A stretch of 64,000 bases of DNA. Origin: Methanobacteriota archaeon (GTDB lineage Archaea > Thermoplasmatota > Poseidoniia > Poseidoniales > Poseidoniaceae). The stretch covers positions 42,130 through 106,129 of the forward strand of contig WTIT01000151.1 in NCBI GenBank assembly GCA_011526375.1, read 5' to 3'. Position 1 is the stretch's first letter, and each line of letters opens with the position of its first letter. The translations under genes and the position numbers were made by a program. Under the pieces are notes generated by a model. The model was not told where the DNA came from. It worked only from the letters and a program-made list of their open reading frames with translations, and made no database searches. Shown here one piece after another: positions 27,897 through 37,271 of the stretch.

Positions 27897-28808
27897 TCAA
27901 TCCTCGTCCATCTGTGCCTTCATTGCTGCTAGCGCATCGCTTGCGTTTGGCAGTGGAGGTAACGGCAAATTGCCGTCTGGTAATGGAGGTAGTGGCATAC
28001 CATCAAGACCGGGCAGTTCAGGTAATTTCACCTTCTTTTCTACTTCTTCGAATCCTGAATCTAATGGCGTTCTTAACTTGAGAATTGTACCTTCATCGAG
28101 GCGAATAAATGTAGCACCATATACGTGGCCTGCCTCTGGTTTTAATGGCTCATCTAGTATGTTCATTCCGTGCTCAGGATTTTGTAGAACTGCAACAATA
28201 TCTTCGCCTTCATTGTGTTGTTCCCACATTCTGACTGTGGAAGCTCTGATTTCTGCGAGTTGATTACGTCGTCGCTTTTCGATTCTTTCCCTAATTTCTT
28301 GATGCTTGACACGACGATTAGAGACCGTCATTTCGATATCAGCATCTTCTACTGATTCTGGACTTACCTCAACTACATATTCATCAGCAGTATGGACATT
28401 TTCAAGAGTTACCTCTACAGTGGCAATTTCTTCACCTTCTTCTTCAGAATCGACATTTTGCTGATTAGCCGCCTGGATTTTGGCTAATTTCCTTTCTCGA
28501 AGAGATACGCCATCTAAATTATCCTCAGCGGTAACAGGAGGGGGGATATCTGCACCAGAGGCATCATCACTTTCAGATTCTGTATTGATTGATTCAGTTA
28601 CTATCGCTGGTTGTGCAGAAGTAACTTGCCCACTTGGTTTGACACCTCTACCGCCCAATAAAACCCAAGCAAATGTGGCACCAAAAGTAATTCCGATCAG
28701 TGTCCAAGAACCATTATCAGAAAGACTCGAGGCTGAAGTGAGATAGAATATGCCGGCGCTTGCAGCGACAAGACCACATAGCGTCCTCAAGAATCCCATG
28801 TCCCTCAC
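27897..28808 (-). CDS. Hypothetical membrane-anchored acidic protein
   Basis: Two N-terminal TM helices, Glu-rich body, coiled-coil segment, LPPLP repeats at the C-terminus. Confidence 0.75.
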   Translation of the reverse strand: MRDMGFLRTLCGLVAASAGIFYLTSASSLSDNGSWTLIGITFGATFAWVLLGGRGVKPSGQVTSAQPAIVTESINTESESDDASGADIPPPVTAEDNLDGVSLRERKLAKIQAANQQNVDSEEEGEEIATVEVTLENVHTADEYVVEVSPESVEDADIEMTVSNRRVKHQEIRERIEKRRRNQLAEIRASTVRMWEQHNEGEDIVAVLQNPEHGMNILDEPLKPEAGHVYGATFIRLDEGTILKLRTPLDSGFEEVEKKVKLPELPGLDGMPLPPLPDGNLPLPPLPNASDALAAMKAQMDED

Positions 28809-28832
28809 TCACATCCAATTGGTTCTAATTTA

Positions 28833-29498
28833 TCATGCTGATGGCAATTGGCTAAACAAGTTTTGTAGTGCTCTGCTTCGGTGACTAAACTTGTTTTTGA
28901 CCTCCAAATCCACTGCACCAAATGTTTTGCCATGCGTGCTATGTTCACCATAATTTCCAGCACTTAAGGGTTGGAAATTCGCATCTAGATCATATGGTAT
29001 GAATATAGGATCAAAGCCAAAACCATTCCCATCCATTGTCTCAGTTGCTATGTGTCCAGGACATACCCCCTCCCCAATAATGATTTGATCATTACGCCAC
29101 AATGCCGCTACTGCTCTAAACTGAGCCGACCTTAGGCTAGCACTGGAAACAGGATCTTCAGTCTCCAAATGATTAAGCAATCTGATAATTCCTAAATTAC
29201 CGATGGTCGAATGCACATAAGACGAGTAAACACCTGGAAATCCATCTAATGCGGACACAAATAGTCCAGCATCCTCGACTAATATCATATCCCCTTCTTT
29301 GAATTCATTAGGAAGGTGACTCAAGGCTTGATTTATTTTAGATTCTGCAACAACTTCTAATGAAGTTGCTTGAGGCTCAAACAATTGTTCTTCATCGACA
29401 ATTAATTGCCTAACACTGTATCCTAGTTTAGTCAGGTGATTATCTGCTTCGGCAAGTTTTCCGGCATTTCCAGTTAGGAACCAAATCGTCGGACTCAT
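28833..29498 (-). CDS. rdgB: Non-canonical purine NTP pyrophosphatase (Ham1/RdgB)
   Basis: TGN.GKL.E, EDAGL...AL.GFPGVYS, GFGFDPIF, KN..SHR..AL. Confidence 0.93.
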   Translation of the reverse strand: MSPTIWFLTGNAGKLAEADNHLTKLGYSVRQLIVDEEQLFEPQATSLEVVAESKINQALSHLPNEFKEGDMILVEDAGLFVSALDGFPGVYSSYVHSTIGNLGIIRLLNHLETEDPVSSASLRSAQFRAVAALWRNDQIIIGEGVCPGHIATETMDGNGFGFDPIFIPYDLDANFQPLSAGNYGEHSTHGKTFGAVDLEVKNKFSHRSRALQNLFSQLPSA

Positions 29499-29598
29499 GA
29501 TGGTGGGATAAGGTTTGATTTATCATGTCTATCGATAAAATGCGGTTGTGAGGATTTTCTATGACATGATTTAACACAGATAACCATCACGAAAGAAT

Positions 29599-29973
29599 AT
29601 GCTTCAGCAAGTAGCCTTGGTTGCGTTTGGTGGCGCTATAGGTGCAGTTCTGCGATACGGAGCTGGGAACATCATAGAGTCCGGAGATTTCCCCACATCC
29701 ACTTTTTTGGTTAATATTGTAGGTTCATTCACCTTAGGTTTGTTGACAATACTAGCGATAAAACAGGGCTACTCAGATGATTTATTACTATTCTTTGGCG
29801 TAGGTATACTTGGTTCATTTACCACAATGTCAACTTTTTCTGTCGAGACGATTTCGTTGTTAAGGGATGATAATCTAATGCTAGCATTAGGATATGCTAC
29901 ACTGTCATTTTTCACATGCATTTTGTTTGCCTTTTTTGGTTATGAATTGGGCGACAGATTGGAAATGGGTTGA
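29599..29973 (+). CDS. crcB: Fluoride channel Fluc/CrcB
   Basis: GGAIGAVLRY, FP.STF.VN..GSF..G, G..GSFTTMSTFS.E. Confidence 0.93.
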   Translation: MLQQVALVAFGGAIGAVLRYGAGNIIESGDFPTSTFLVNIVGSFTLGLLTILAIKQGYSDDLLLFFGVGILGSFTTMSTFSVETISLLRDDNLMLALGYATLSFFTCILFAFFGYELGDRLEMG

Positions 29974-30063
29974 CCATTGCATTACTTTATTAACACCAAG
30001 TATGGTGGAAATTCACAAGGCAGGAACTGTGAAAAAATTTAGTGTGCCCTAAGAGTTGAGAAA

Positions 30064-30471
30064 ATGAGTGAACTAATCGATAAAATGAATGCTGCATTAG
30101 GCTGGGAGTTAAGAGCAATAAACATGTACGCACACTATTCTGCAAATGTAAAAGGAATTCATCGCTTACAACTTTCACCAATGTTCAATACTGAAATGAC
30201 AGAGTCAATTGACCATGCGGATATTGTTCGCAAAGGAATAGTTCAGCTGGGCGGCATTCCAGTTACTGAAAGAAGCACACACCCAATCACCCACACAACC
30301 GACTATGTTGAAATGCTAAATTACGCTCTCGAAACAGAAATCAAAGCATCTGAAGTCTACGCTGAGTTACTTCCTCTGATCGACCAAACTGATGATTTGT
30401 ATGATTCTATTGAACAAATCTATCTTTCTGAACTCAAAAGCGTGGAAGAAATGAGATTGTTAGTAGGATAA
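30064..30471 (+). CDS. Ferritin-like / bacterioferritin-family protein
   Basis: E..AI..Y, E..ES..HA....I..LGG.P, E..A...Y, E...E: four-helix ferritin-like ligand pattern. Confidence 0.85.
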   Translation: MSELIDKMNAALGWELRAINMYAHYSANVKGIHRLQLSPMFNTEMTESIDHADIVRKGIVQLGGIPVTERSTHPITHTTDYVEMLNYALETEIKASEVYAELLPLIDQTDDLYDSIEQIYLSELKSVEEMRLLVG

Positions 30472-30472
30472 A

Positions 30473-31156
30473 CTAACCGTGATATCTCACTCTTGACCTC
30501 ACATCATCAAGCCGCTTCAGGACTTCTTTTGCTGCCGGCGGCTTGCCTCCAGAGAGTTCTTCAGTAGGTCCAAGATTATCATCACACATACGATATCCTT
30601 CCAAGAACACATCTATTGCATTGTCAACATTTGGATGAGATGCACCTAATATTTCATCCATAACGTGTAGGTCTATACCAAATCTCTCAACCTCATATTC
30701 AACAGCTGACAAACCAAAATCAATCAACGCTGCATTGCAGTCATTATCAATCAAGATATTGTTTGTTGACAAATCACCATGCGTAACTGCCAATCTGTGT
30801 AACATTCTTACGGCAGTTCCAGTATTGAAAAGTGCCTTTTGAATTTGCTCTGTAGTCATTGAATCATCTCTTAATACTTCGATTAACGGCTTTCCATCGA
30901 TTTTTTCCATTACTATGCGTCCATTATCCAAATCGACATCCCAAATAGCCGGAACTGGTAATCCAGAACCCTTTAGGCGAATCAAAATTCTAGCCTCGCT
31001 GAGCATCCTACGATAACCAAGCCGTTTCTCTAAATCAGGGTGGCGCCATGCACGATCACGTCGTAGCTTTCTTACCGCTGGTTTACCCATCCAATGGCCA
31101 GACCAAACTTCTGCCTCGGCGCCCAAATGAAGCCTAGCGTCGGGTAAGAAGACCAT
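30473..31156 (-). CDS. bud32: KEOPS kinase Bud32
   Basis: LGAEA, K.R....WRHP.LE, HGDLSTNN, LIDFGLS, E..G.DLHV, V.SR.RY. Confidence 0.92.
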   Translation of the reverse strand: MVFLPDARLHLGAEAEVWSGHWMGKPAVRKLRRDRAWRHPDLEKRLGYRRMLSEARILIRLKGSGLPVPAIWDVDLDNGRIVMEKIDGKPLIEVLRDDSMTTEQIQKALFNTGTAVRMLHRLAVTHGDLSTNNILIDNDCNAALIDFGLSAVEYEVERFGIDLHVMDEILGASHPNVDNAIDVFLEGYRMCDDNLGPTEELSGGKPPAAKEVLKRLDDVRSRVRYHG

Positions 31157-31276
31157 GATGAGGGCTTACATGCCCTCATTTATTTACATCTCGGAATCAC
31201 AATTCTTGAAAAGGAGCATCTTTTCGGTTGTATGAGGCACATGACCATTACCTTGCCAATGTGTTCTATTGATTTC

Positions 31277-32395
31277 ATGGACACATCCATGTCTCCTGAA
31301 GAGCAGGCAATTGCCGACAGGATTACCGAACTTCGACAAGAACTAGGCTCAAGGCTAATGATTTTGGGACATCACTATCAAAGAGATAGCATCGTAATGC
31401 ACGCTGATTTCATTGGTGACTCATTTATGTTAAGTCAAAAAGCAGCAGATTCTGATGCTGAGTTTATCGTATTCTGTGGTGTCCACTTCATGGCCGAATC
31501 GGCTGACATATTGACCGATGATGATCAATCAGTAATCCTGCCGAACCTCCGAGCAGGCTGTTCAATGGCAGATATGGCAAATCTTCCAGATGTAGAAAGT
31601 GCCTGGAGCGAAATTCTTGCTGAAACTGGGTTGAATGATCCAATAAACCGACAATCTCCTGGAGATATTCCAAATGATGGAAAATCATACTTAATTCCAG
31701 TCACATACATGAATAGCAGTGCAGATTTGAAGGATTTTGTCGGCCGACACGGAGGGATTGTATGTACTTCATCCAACGCCACAGGAATCCTAAGTTGGGC
31801 CTTTGATAGAGCCGGCGCGGACGGCGCTGTCCTGTTCTTTCCCGATCAGCATCTTGGACGAAATACCGGACTTTCAATGGGTATTTCCGAGGATAAAATG
31901 CCAACATGGGTGCCAAAGATAGGTTCCGATAGGGCTTTGACTGGTGCAAAAATAATCCTATGGCACGGTTTCTGTTCAGTTCACAAAAGATTCACGGTTG
32001 AGCAAGTGAAGCTCTTTAGGGAAAAATACCCCGATGGCCTAGTTGTTGTGCATCCAGAATGTCCCAAAGAAACTGTAGAGGTTAGTGATGCTAACGGCTC
32101 TACTCAATTCATCAAAAATTATGTTGAAAATTTGCCAAGCGGTAGTAAAGTTGCTATTGGTACTGAGATAAATATGGTTGCTAGATTAGCAGACTCTCAT
32201 CCCGACAAGCACATTGAATGTCTTGATGATAAAATCTGTCCATGCTCAACAATGTATATGATTCATCCTGCATACCTAATGGATGTTTTAGAAAAATTGG
32301 TTGACGGAGAAATACCCAACCAAATCATCGTCTCAAAAGAAGTACAAGAAGGGTCCTTACTTGCACTTGAAAGAATGTTGAGTATCAAGCAATAG
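31277..32395 (+). CDS. nadA: Quinolinate synthase
   Basis: LGHHYQ, FCGVHFMAE, AGCSMAD, YMNSSA, CTSSNA, PDQHLG.N, C.VH, HPEC, GTE, C..M. Start uncertain (31232-31289). Confidence 0.95.
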   Translation: MDTSMSPEEQAIADRITELRQELGSRLMILGHHYQRDSIVMHADFIGDSFMLSQKAADSDAEFIVFCGVHFMAESADILTDDDQSVILPNLRAGCSMADMANLPDVESAWSEILAETGLNDPINRQSPGDIPNDGKSYLIPVTYMNSSADLKDFVGRHGGIVCTSSNATGILSWAFDRAGADGAVLFFPDQHLGRNTGLSMGISEDKMPTWVPKIGSDRALTGAKIILWHGFCSVHKRFTVEQVKLFREKYPDGLVVVHPECPKETVEVSDANGSTQFIKNYVENLPSGSKVAIGTEINMVARLADSHPDKHIECLDDKICPCSTMYMIHPAYLMDVLEKLVDGEIPNQIIVSKEVQEGSLLALERMLSIKQ

Positions 32396-32396
32396 A

Positions 32397-34475
32397 CTAC
32401 TCTTCTTCAGCATAAATCAATGATGACTTTGCTTCATTTTGCTTTTGATTAATGTACACAAACACCAATATTATACCGATTACTGACGCTATTTGCAAAA
32501 CAGTATTTGAGTAGGATTTCAACTCAGGCTCCCAAGAATGTACTTGAATTAGGATGCTATCCTCTGATTGTTCCAAGTAGATTAAATGGTCCTCAAGAAC
32601 GATAGGGCCCCATTGATCAACCTCGTCTGCAGTCAAAACATGCGTGAAATTATCTGATAATGACATGTACAAAATTTCTCCATCATAATATTCCTCAATA
32701 GGGCTAGTTGGATTGAGATGGTCTTTCATCACCCAAGCCACCACGCCGTCTCTTATCGATGGGTCGTACGATGAATACTTACTATCGCCAAGTAATCTTT
32801 GCTCACCACTAACTCGGTCAACGAGGACTAACCTATCTACTGCTGATACATTGACATTGACTAGGAGATGTGTTCGGTCGAAAACAAAATCAATTATTGT
32901 TGAGTTTTCGATGTCTACTGGAGTCCCCCAATCTGCAAGCACTTGCTCATCCTCTTCACTAGCAGAAGCATTGATTGTATATGTCAATGAGCCATCTACC
33001 TCGATATTACTAACATATACTTTCGAGGGTTCATCATCTACCAAGAAAGCGAAATCATTGCCTTGACATTTAACAAAGGAAATTTGACTATTTTGAATAG
33101 ATAAATCGATAATTTCGCCTGATAAGTACTCCGCAGATAATTCACCCGCTGATAAAGTCATTAGAACATAATCTTCTCCGACATTACATAACTCGACTTG
33201 ATCGATATTCTGCATTGATTTTTGGAAGTAAATTACATTCGGTTGTGCTGTATCAACCACATAGAGAACAGTATCATTGGCCATGACTAATTTATCACCA
33301 GTCAATTCATATTTCGAATCCACGCTAAGGTTTGGCTGTACTACCTCAATGCCATCATCATCTAATTCTGATAAATCATATAATTTCAGTAATCTACCGT
33401 CCTCTGAGGTGTTATCAATAGTCGCAAGCCAACCATCCGCACCAGCAGCACCGTCTGGTGCTTCCACACCTTTGGCGGATAGTGACTGATGGGTAAGGTC
33501 CCAAGTAATTACTGAAGCAACTACTAAGAGAACTATCACCGAAAGAATACCAGTTTCACGAGACGTTGGTTTAGCAAATTTTTTACCGGTTTTCACCACT
33601 TTACCAGCAACAAAATTGTATGCTTTTCTTGGATTTGTCAAAACGGTAACTAATCTCGCATTTATTGTTCTCTCATCTAAAATATTCCAGACTGGTTTTG
33701 ATGTTTTATCTGCCAAATTTACCGCAATGGATGCAACAATCATACCACCGGCGATATCAAGAATCCAATGTATTCCAAGATAGATAATTGTGAAAGCTGT
33801 AAGTATGACATAGGCAAAAACGATTTTGCGGTACAAAGCCCACCTTTCATCGTGATCAAAACGCTTGATACAAAGCCACACAGCATAAGGAATACCAATG
33901 TGTAAAGATGGCATACAATTAGTGAATGGGTCTATTCTTCGGAACCAATCTGATATTTCTGGATTCAAAGAATAGGCTAAAGTTTCCATCTCCGGAATGT
34001 AAGCACCTGTAACTCTAACATTGAAGAATAGGTAAAACGGCACGGCCATGATATAGACCCAAGCAATTGTCAGCGTGACTCTGTCAGCCATCCAGCGGTC
34101 ATCAAAATATGCAAAATAGAATACGGAAACATAACAAATGAACATAAAACCTGCAACATAAAAATGAGTTAGCATGACAGTTAGCCACTCCGCCTCGAAA
34201 TATTGTTGCACATGCAGAACCAAATTACCTTCAATTGCATAAATCCACGGAGTCATATCAAGGCCAGTACTGGCCATCAAAATTCTGTCAACTTCGTCCA
34301 AACCATCCTTGGCATTGTAAATCATGAACAGGATTAGTACGTGTATCCAGTATCTTCGGAAAAAATCAACAAACGTGGTAAGTCTCAACTCCATCCATTT
34401 TGGCTTGAAGACGGGCAAAAGAATGACACCAAGAGCAAGTGCGCTAATCATCCAAGTGAGATATACACCTTGCAT
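32397..34475 (-). CDS. PAP2/inositol-phosphorylceramide-synthase-like membrane enzyme fused to an extracellular beta-propeller-like domain
   Basis: NCMPSLH and YLGIHW.LD..GG PAP2 motifs; acidic beta-rich region with P.I..G.VAW repeats; C-terminal TM; SD GGAGTGA before ATG 34475. Confidence 0.8.
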   Translation of the reverse strand: MQGVYLTWMISALALGVILLPVFKPKWMELRLTTFVDFFRRYWIHVLILFMIYNAKDGLDEVDRILMASTGLDMTPWIYAIEGNLVLHVQQYFEAEWLTVMLTHFYVAGFMFICYVSVFYFAYFDDRWMADRVTLTIAWVYIMAVPFYLFFNVRVTGAYIPEMETLAYSLNPEISDWFRRIDPFTNCMPSLHIGIPYAVWLCIKRFDHDERWALYRKIVFAYVILTAFTIIYLGIHWILDIAGGMIVASIAVNLADKTSKPVWNILDERTINARLVTVLTNPRKAYNFVAGKVVKTGKKFAKPTSRETGILSVIVLLVVASVITWDLTHQSLSAKGVEAPDGAAGADGWLATIDNTSEDGRLLKLYDLSELDDDGIEVVQPNLSVDSKYELTGDKLVMANDTVLYVVDTAQPNVIYFQKSMQNIDQVELCNVGEDYVLMTLSAGELSAEYLSGEIIDLSIQNSQISFVKCQGNDFAFLVDDEPSKVYVSNIEVDGSLTYTINASASEEDEQVLADWGTPVDIENSTIIDFVFDRTHLLVNVNVSAVDRLVLVDRVSGEQRLLGDSKYSSYDPSIRDGVVAWVMKDHLNPTSPIEEYYDGEILYMSLSDNFTHVLTADEVDQWGPIVLEDHLIYLEQSEDSILIQVHSWEPELKSYSNTVLQIASVIGIILVFVYINQKQNEAKSSLIYAEEE

Positions 34476-34557
34476 AATACAGTCACTCCAAAATGGCGTC
34501 AAGACGATTATACATCAAACCCTCGCCTTCTGATGGCAAAAAATATCCATTACAACG

Positions 34558-34908
34558 TTACCATGCACCATGGACGTAGGAGCGACCGTCATCTGGGTCT
34601 TGATTATTGGCCAGCGCCCAAATTCTTTCGAAGCGGTAGATGCCACTTGAACACCCTTGATCCCATTCAAATGCAAGAGCATACTTCCCAACTGTGCGCA
34701 CTTTTGGTTTCTCAGCCGGCATTGCCTCGACTTGTCGTCGTAGAGATTTGCTAGTTTCATCCTCATTCCTAAGAGGTGCGCATTTAGCACACGGGCAAGC
34801 GTGCCGTAAATCGTCATAACTAACGGTGAATTCACCACCGTCTGAGTATGTCAAACTCATGTTTGTATCATGGCGTTCTAATCTAGTTAATTCTGGCATT
34901 TCTGACAT
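34558..34908 (-). CDS. DUF971 (GBBH-like N-terminal) protein
   Basis: LR.ACPCA.C, VG.YAL...W..G..SGIY.F. Confidence 0.88.
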   Translation of the reverse strand: MSEMPELTRLERHDTNMSLTYSDGGEFTVSYDDLRHACPCAKCAPLRNEDETSKSLRRQVEAMPAEKPKVRTVGKYALAFEWDQGCSSGIYRFERIWALANNQDPDDGRSYVHGAW

Positions 34909-34917
34909 GATATTGCC

Positions 34918-35925
34918 TCAGATAATTTCCAATCCTTGACCTTCTGACGTCCCGATTTGAGATTTGATAGCTTCAACCACTTTGGCAAAAGCAATAGCAG
35001 ATGCCCCTTCTGGTTCACTGACAATCCGATGTACACCATCATCTCCACCTCGAACAAAACCAGGATCGAACGGTAATTCACCAAGGAATGGAACGCCAAA
35101 CTCATTTGCTGTCGATTTACCACCGCCCTGTTTGAATATGTCCAAAGTCACATTGAAGTTGCCATCTTTGTCAGAAGTGACCTTGTGCTTCTTACCCCCT
35201 GGGCCGGCAATTTCGAGACTAACTTCAGGACTGGTTGTTCCAGAAATTGTATATCCACTCATGTTTTCAACGACTCCAAGAACTGGTACCTTTAGAGACT
35301 CTGAGAAAGTTATCGATTTTCTACTGTCTAATAGCGCAACATCTTGTGGCGTAGTTACAATGACCATTCCGTCAATATCTGGTAAAGATTGTGCAACTGT
35401 CAGCGGTTCGTCTGAGGTACCTGGTGGGAAATCAATTACTAGATAATCGAGTTCTCCCCATTCTACATCCCCAATGAATTGTTGAATTGCCCCAAGTTTG
35501 ATTGGACCTCGCCAAACAACCGGAGTATCTTCATCCTCTAGTAAAAATGCCATTGAAATTACTTTGACACCAAGGTGGCCTTGTGCGGGGTGAATCCTGC
35601 CTTGCTCAACATGCAAACGCTTGCCATCTAGACCCATCATTTTTGGAACGTTCGGGCCGGTTATATCGATGTCGAGGATTCCCACAGTATGCCCTTGCTG
35701 AGCGAGTGACAGTGCCAAGCCAGTTGAAACTGTAGACTTGCCAACTCCTCCTTTTCCAGAAAGAACCATGATTTTATGTTTGATTTTTTTACCAATTTCT
35801 TGCATGGCCATCTTACGCTTCATGTTAGCATAAGCGCTTTCCATTTGCTTCTGCTGTTGAGCGCTTGGACCATCTGTTGATTCTCCCCCTTTTGGGTCAT
35901 GGGTTGATACCGGTGAATCGGACAT
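34918..35925 (-). CDS. mrp: Mrp/ApbC/NBP35 Fe-S cluster carrier ATPase
   Basis: SGKGGVGKST, D.DI.GP, WRGP, D.PPGTSDE, VTTPQ, VENMS. The usual CxxC after ENMS is absent. Confidence 0.93.
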   Translation of the reverse strand: MSDSPVSTHDPKGGESTDGPSAQQQKQMESAYANMKRKMAMQEIGKKIKHKIMVLSGKGGVGKSTVSTGLALSLAQQGHTVGILDIDITGPNVPKMMGLDGKRLHVEQGRIHPAQGHLGVKVISMAFLLEDEDTPVVWRGPIKLGAIQQFIGDVEWGELDYLVIDFPPGTSDEPLTVAQSLPDIDGMVIVTTPQDVALLDSRKSITFSESLKVPVLGVVENMSGYTISGTTSPEVSLEIAGPGGKKHKVTSDKDGNFNVTLDIFKQGGGKSTANEFGVPFLGELPFDPGFVRGGDDGVHRIVSEPEGASAIAFAKVVEAIKSQIGTSEGQGLEII

Positions 35926-35945
35926 GATTTTTCCAATTAACAATC

Positions 35946-36305
35946 CTACTTCAACCCATAGGTATCTCCCATAGGACTCAATCTTATCATATTATGAATT
36001 AGTAACGATACTATTGGAAAAATGATTAGTTCAATTCCAGTTGACATATCATTATACGCCCATCCAAGACCTACGCATATTGGCACCGATATGACAAGCC
36101 CAAAATGAAACACAAATTTGTAATTCTTTCTTGTTGGCTCCAAAATTACGCAAACTGCGCCACAAAACAACGACATAATTGTGATTATTATGGCTACTAA
36201 CTGAAAGAAAAAGTCTAGATTATTTGCGGCAAAAAAAATGTGTAACACGAACAAAACACTGAACAGTAAAGCGTACAGGGACAAGCTTCGATAACGAAGT
36301 AGCAT
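35946..36305 (-). CDS. Hypothetical 4-TM membrane protein
   Basis: 119-aa hydrophobic ORF abutting mrp. Confidence 0.65.
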   Translation of the reverse strand: MLLRYRSLSLYALLFSVLFVLHIFFAANNLDFFFQLVAIIITIMSLFCGAVCVILEPTRKNYKFVFHFGLVISVPICVGLGWAYNDMSTGIELIIFPIVSLLIHNMIRLSPMGDTYGLK

Positions 36306-36398
36306 TAGTGTATCAATTATCGGAAAGCAATCACTGACATAATGCTACCTATTTCTAAATAGGAATAGTCTAAATAACCCGAATTATCATTACAACAC

Positions 36399-36758
36399 AT
36401 GAGAATTTTGTTCGTCTGTGTCGGCAATTCATGTCGGTCTCAAATGGCTGAAGGAATTGCTAGATTGCACGGTCATGATGCGCATTCTGCTGGAACTCAC
36501 CCCGCAAATAAAATATCATCGCATGCGCTTACAATTCTTACAAACATGGGCCATGACACTTCAGCTATGAGTCCTAAGAATCTAGATCAATTCAACCCTA
36601 GTGAATTTGACCAAGTGATTTCTATGGGCTGCGGAGTTCAATGCCCTGCAATAAAACTAGATGACGATTGGGAATTAGAAGATCCTGTAGGCCAGTCGTT
36701 TGAAGTGTTTGAGCAAACAGCAAAAGAAATTGAGCGAAGGATAATGCTACTCAAATAA
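36399..36758 (+). CDS. arsC: LMW phosphatase family arsenate reductase (thioredoxin-type ArsC)
   Basis: FVCVGNSCRSQMAEG, SAGT, GC...CP, W..EDP.G. Confidence 0.85.
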   Translation: MRILFVCVGNSCRSQMAEGIARLHGHDAHSAGTHPANKISSHALTILTNMGHDTSAMSPKNLDQFNPSEFDQVISMGCGVQCPAIKLDDDWELEDPVGQSFEVFEQTAKEIERRIMLLK

Positions 36759-37082
36759 CTACTCTTCTTCTCTCTCTGGTAAATCGCCGTGCCCATCTAA
36801 CTCTATTCTTAGGACACTCACTGTTCTGTCTCTACCATCCTCAGATGGGATTACTTCACTTTCACAAGTGATCTCACCAATGACTACCTCTTCAGGAAGG
36901 CTTTGAGCAATAATGCCGTTTCTTCTACGGCATACCTCTGCTACGTCAACTGCTCTGCCGATTGTGGCTCCGCGAGCAACTAGTTCCAGGTTGCGGTCAC
37001 CCGATTCCATTGCCATAACTACTGCTCTAACATATGCGTGTAATGGTTTCTTGCCGATGAAAATTGTCCGTCTGTCTGTCAT
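36759..37082 (-). CDS. alba: Alba DNA/RNA-binding protein
   Basis: IFIGKKP...YV.AV, ARG.TI.RAVDVAE, R.VS.L.I.L. Confidence 0.92.
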   Translation of the reverse strand: MTDRRTIFIGKKPLHAYVRAVVMAMESGDRNLELVARGATIGRAVDVAEVCRRRNGIIAQSLPEEVVIGEITCESEVIPSEDGRDRTVSVLRIELDGHGDLPEREEE

Positions 37083-37146
37083 GCTTAACCCTAGCATGCT
37101 ATTAGCGTTCAACGGTTAAATGTTACTTTTGCTAATTATGACGATT

Positions 37147-37221
37147 TGGTGCGAGCGCCGGGACTCGAACCCGGGTTCAGGCGTTGGCAACGCCCGGTGA
37201 TAACCACTACACTACGCTCGC
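37147..37221 (-). tRNA. tRNA-Gly(GCC) with encoded CCA
   Basis: GCGAGCG acceptor stem, TAGTGTAGTGGTT D-arm, GGGCG-TTGCCAA-CGCCT anticodon arm, GGTTCGAGTCC T-loop, ends ACCA. Confidence 0.97.
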
Positions 37222-37271
37222 TAGGTAGCCATCCCACCTAACGGAGGTATAAACCGTTATCGGAAATTTAC

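Noticed and set aside
29499-29598. Fluoride riboswitch upstream of crcB
   Set aside because: GATGGTG is present but the GGCGATGG..CGCC stem and downstream TAATGAC pseudoknot partner are missing.
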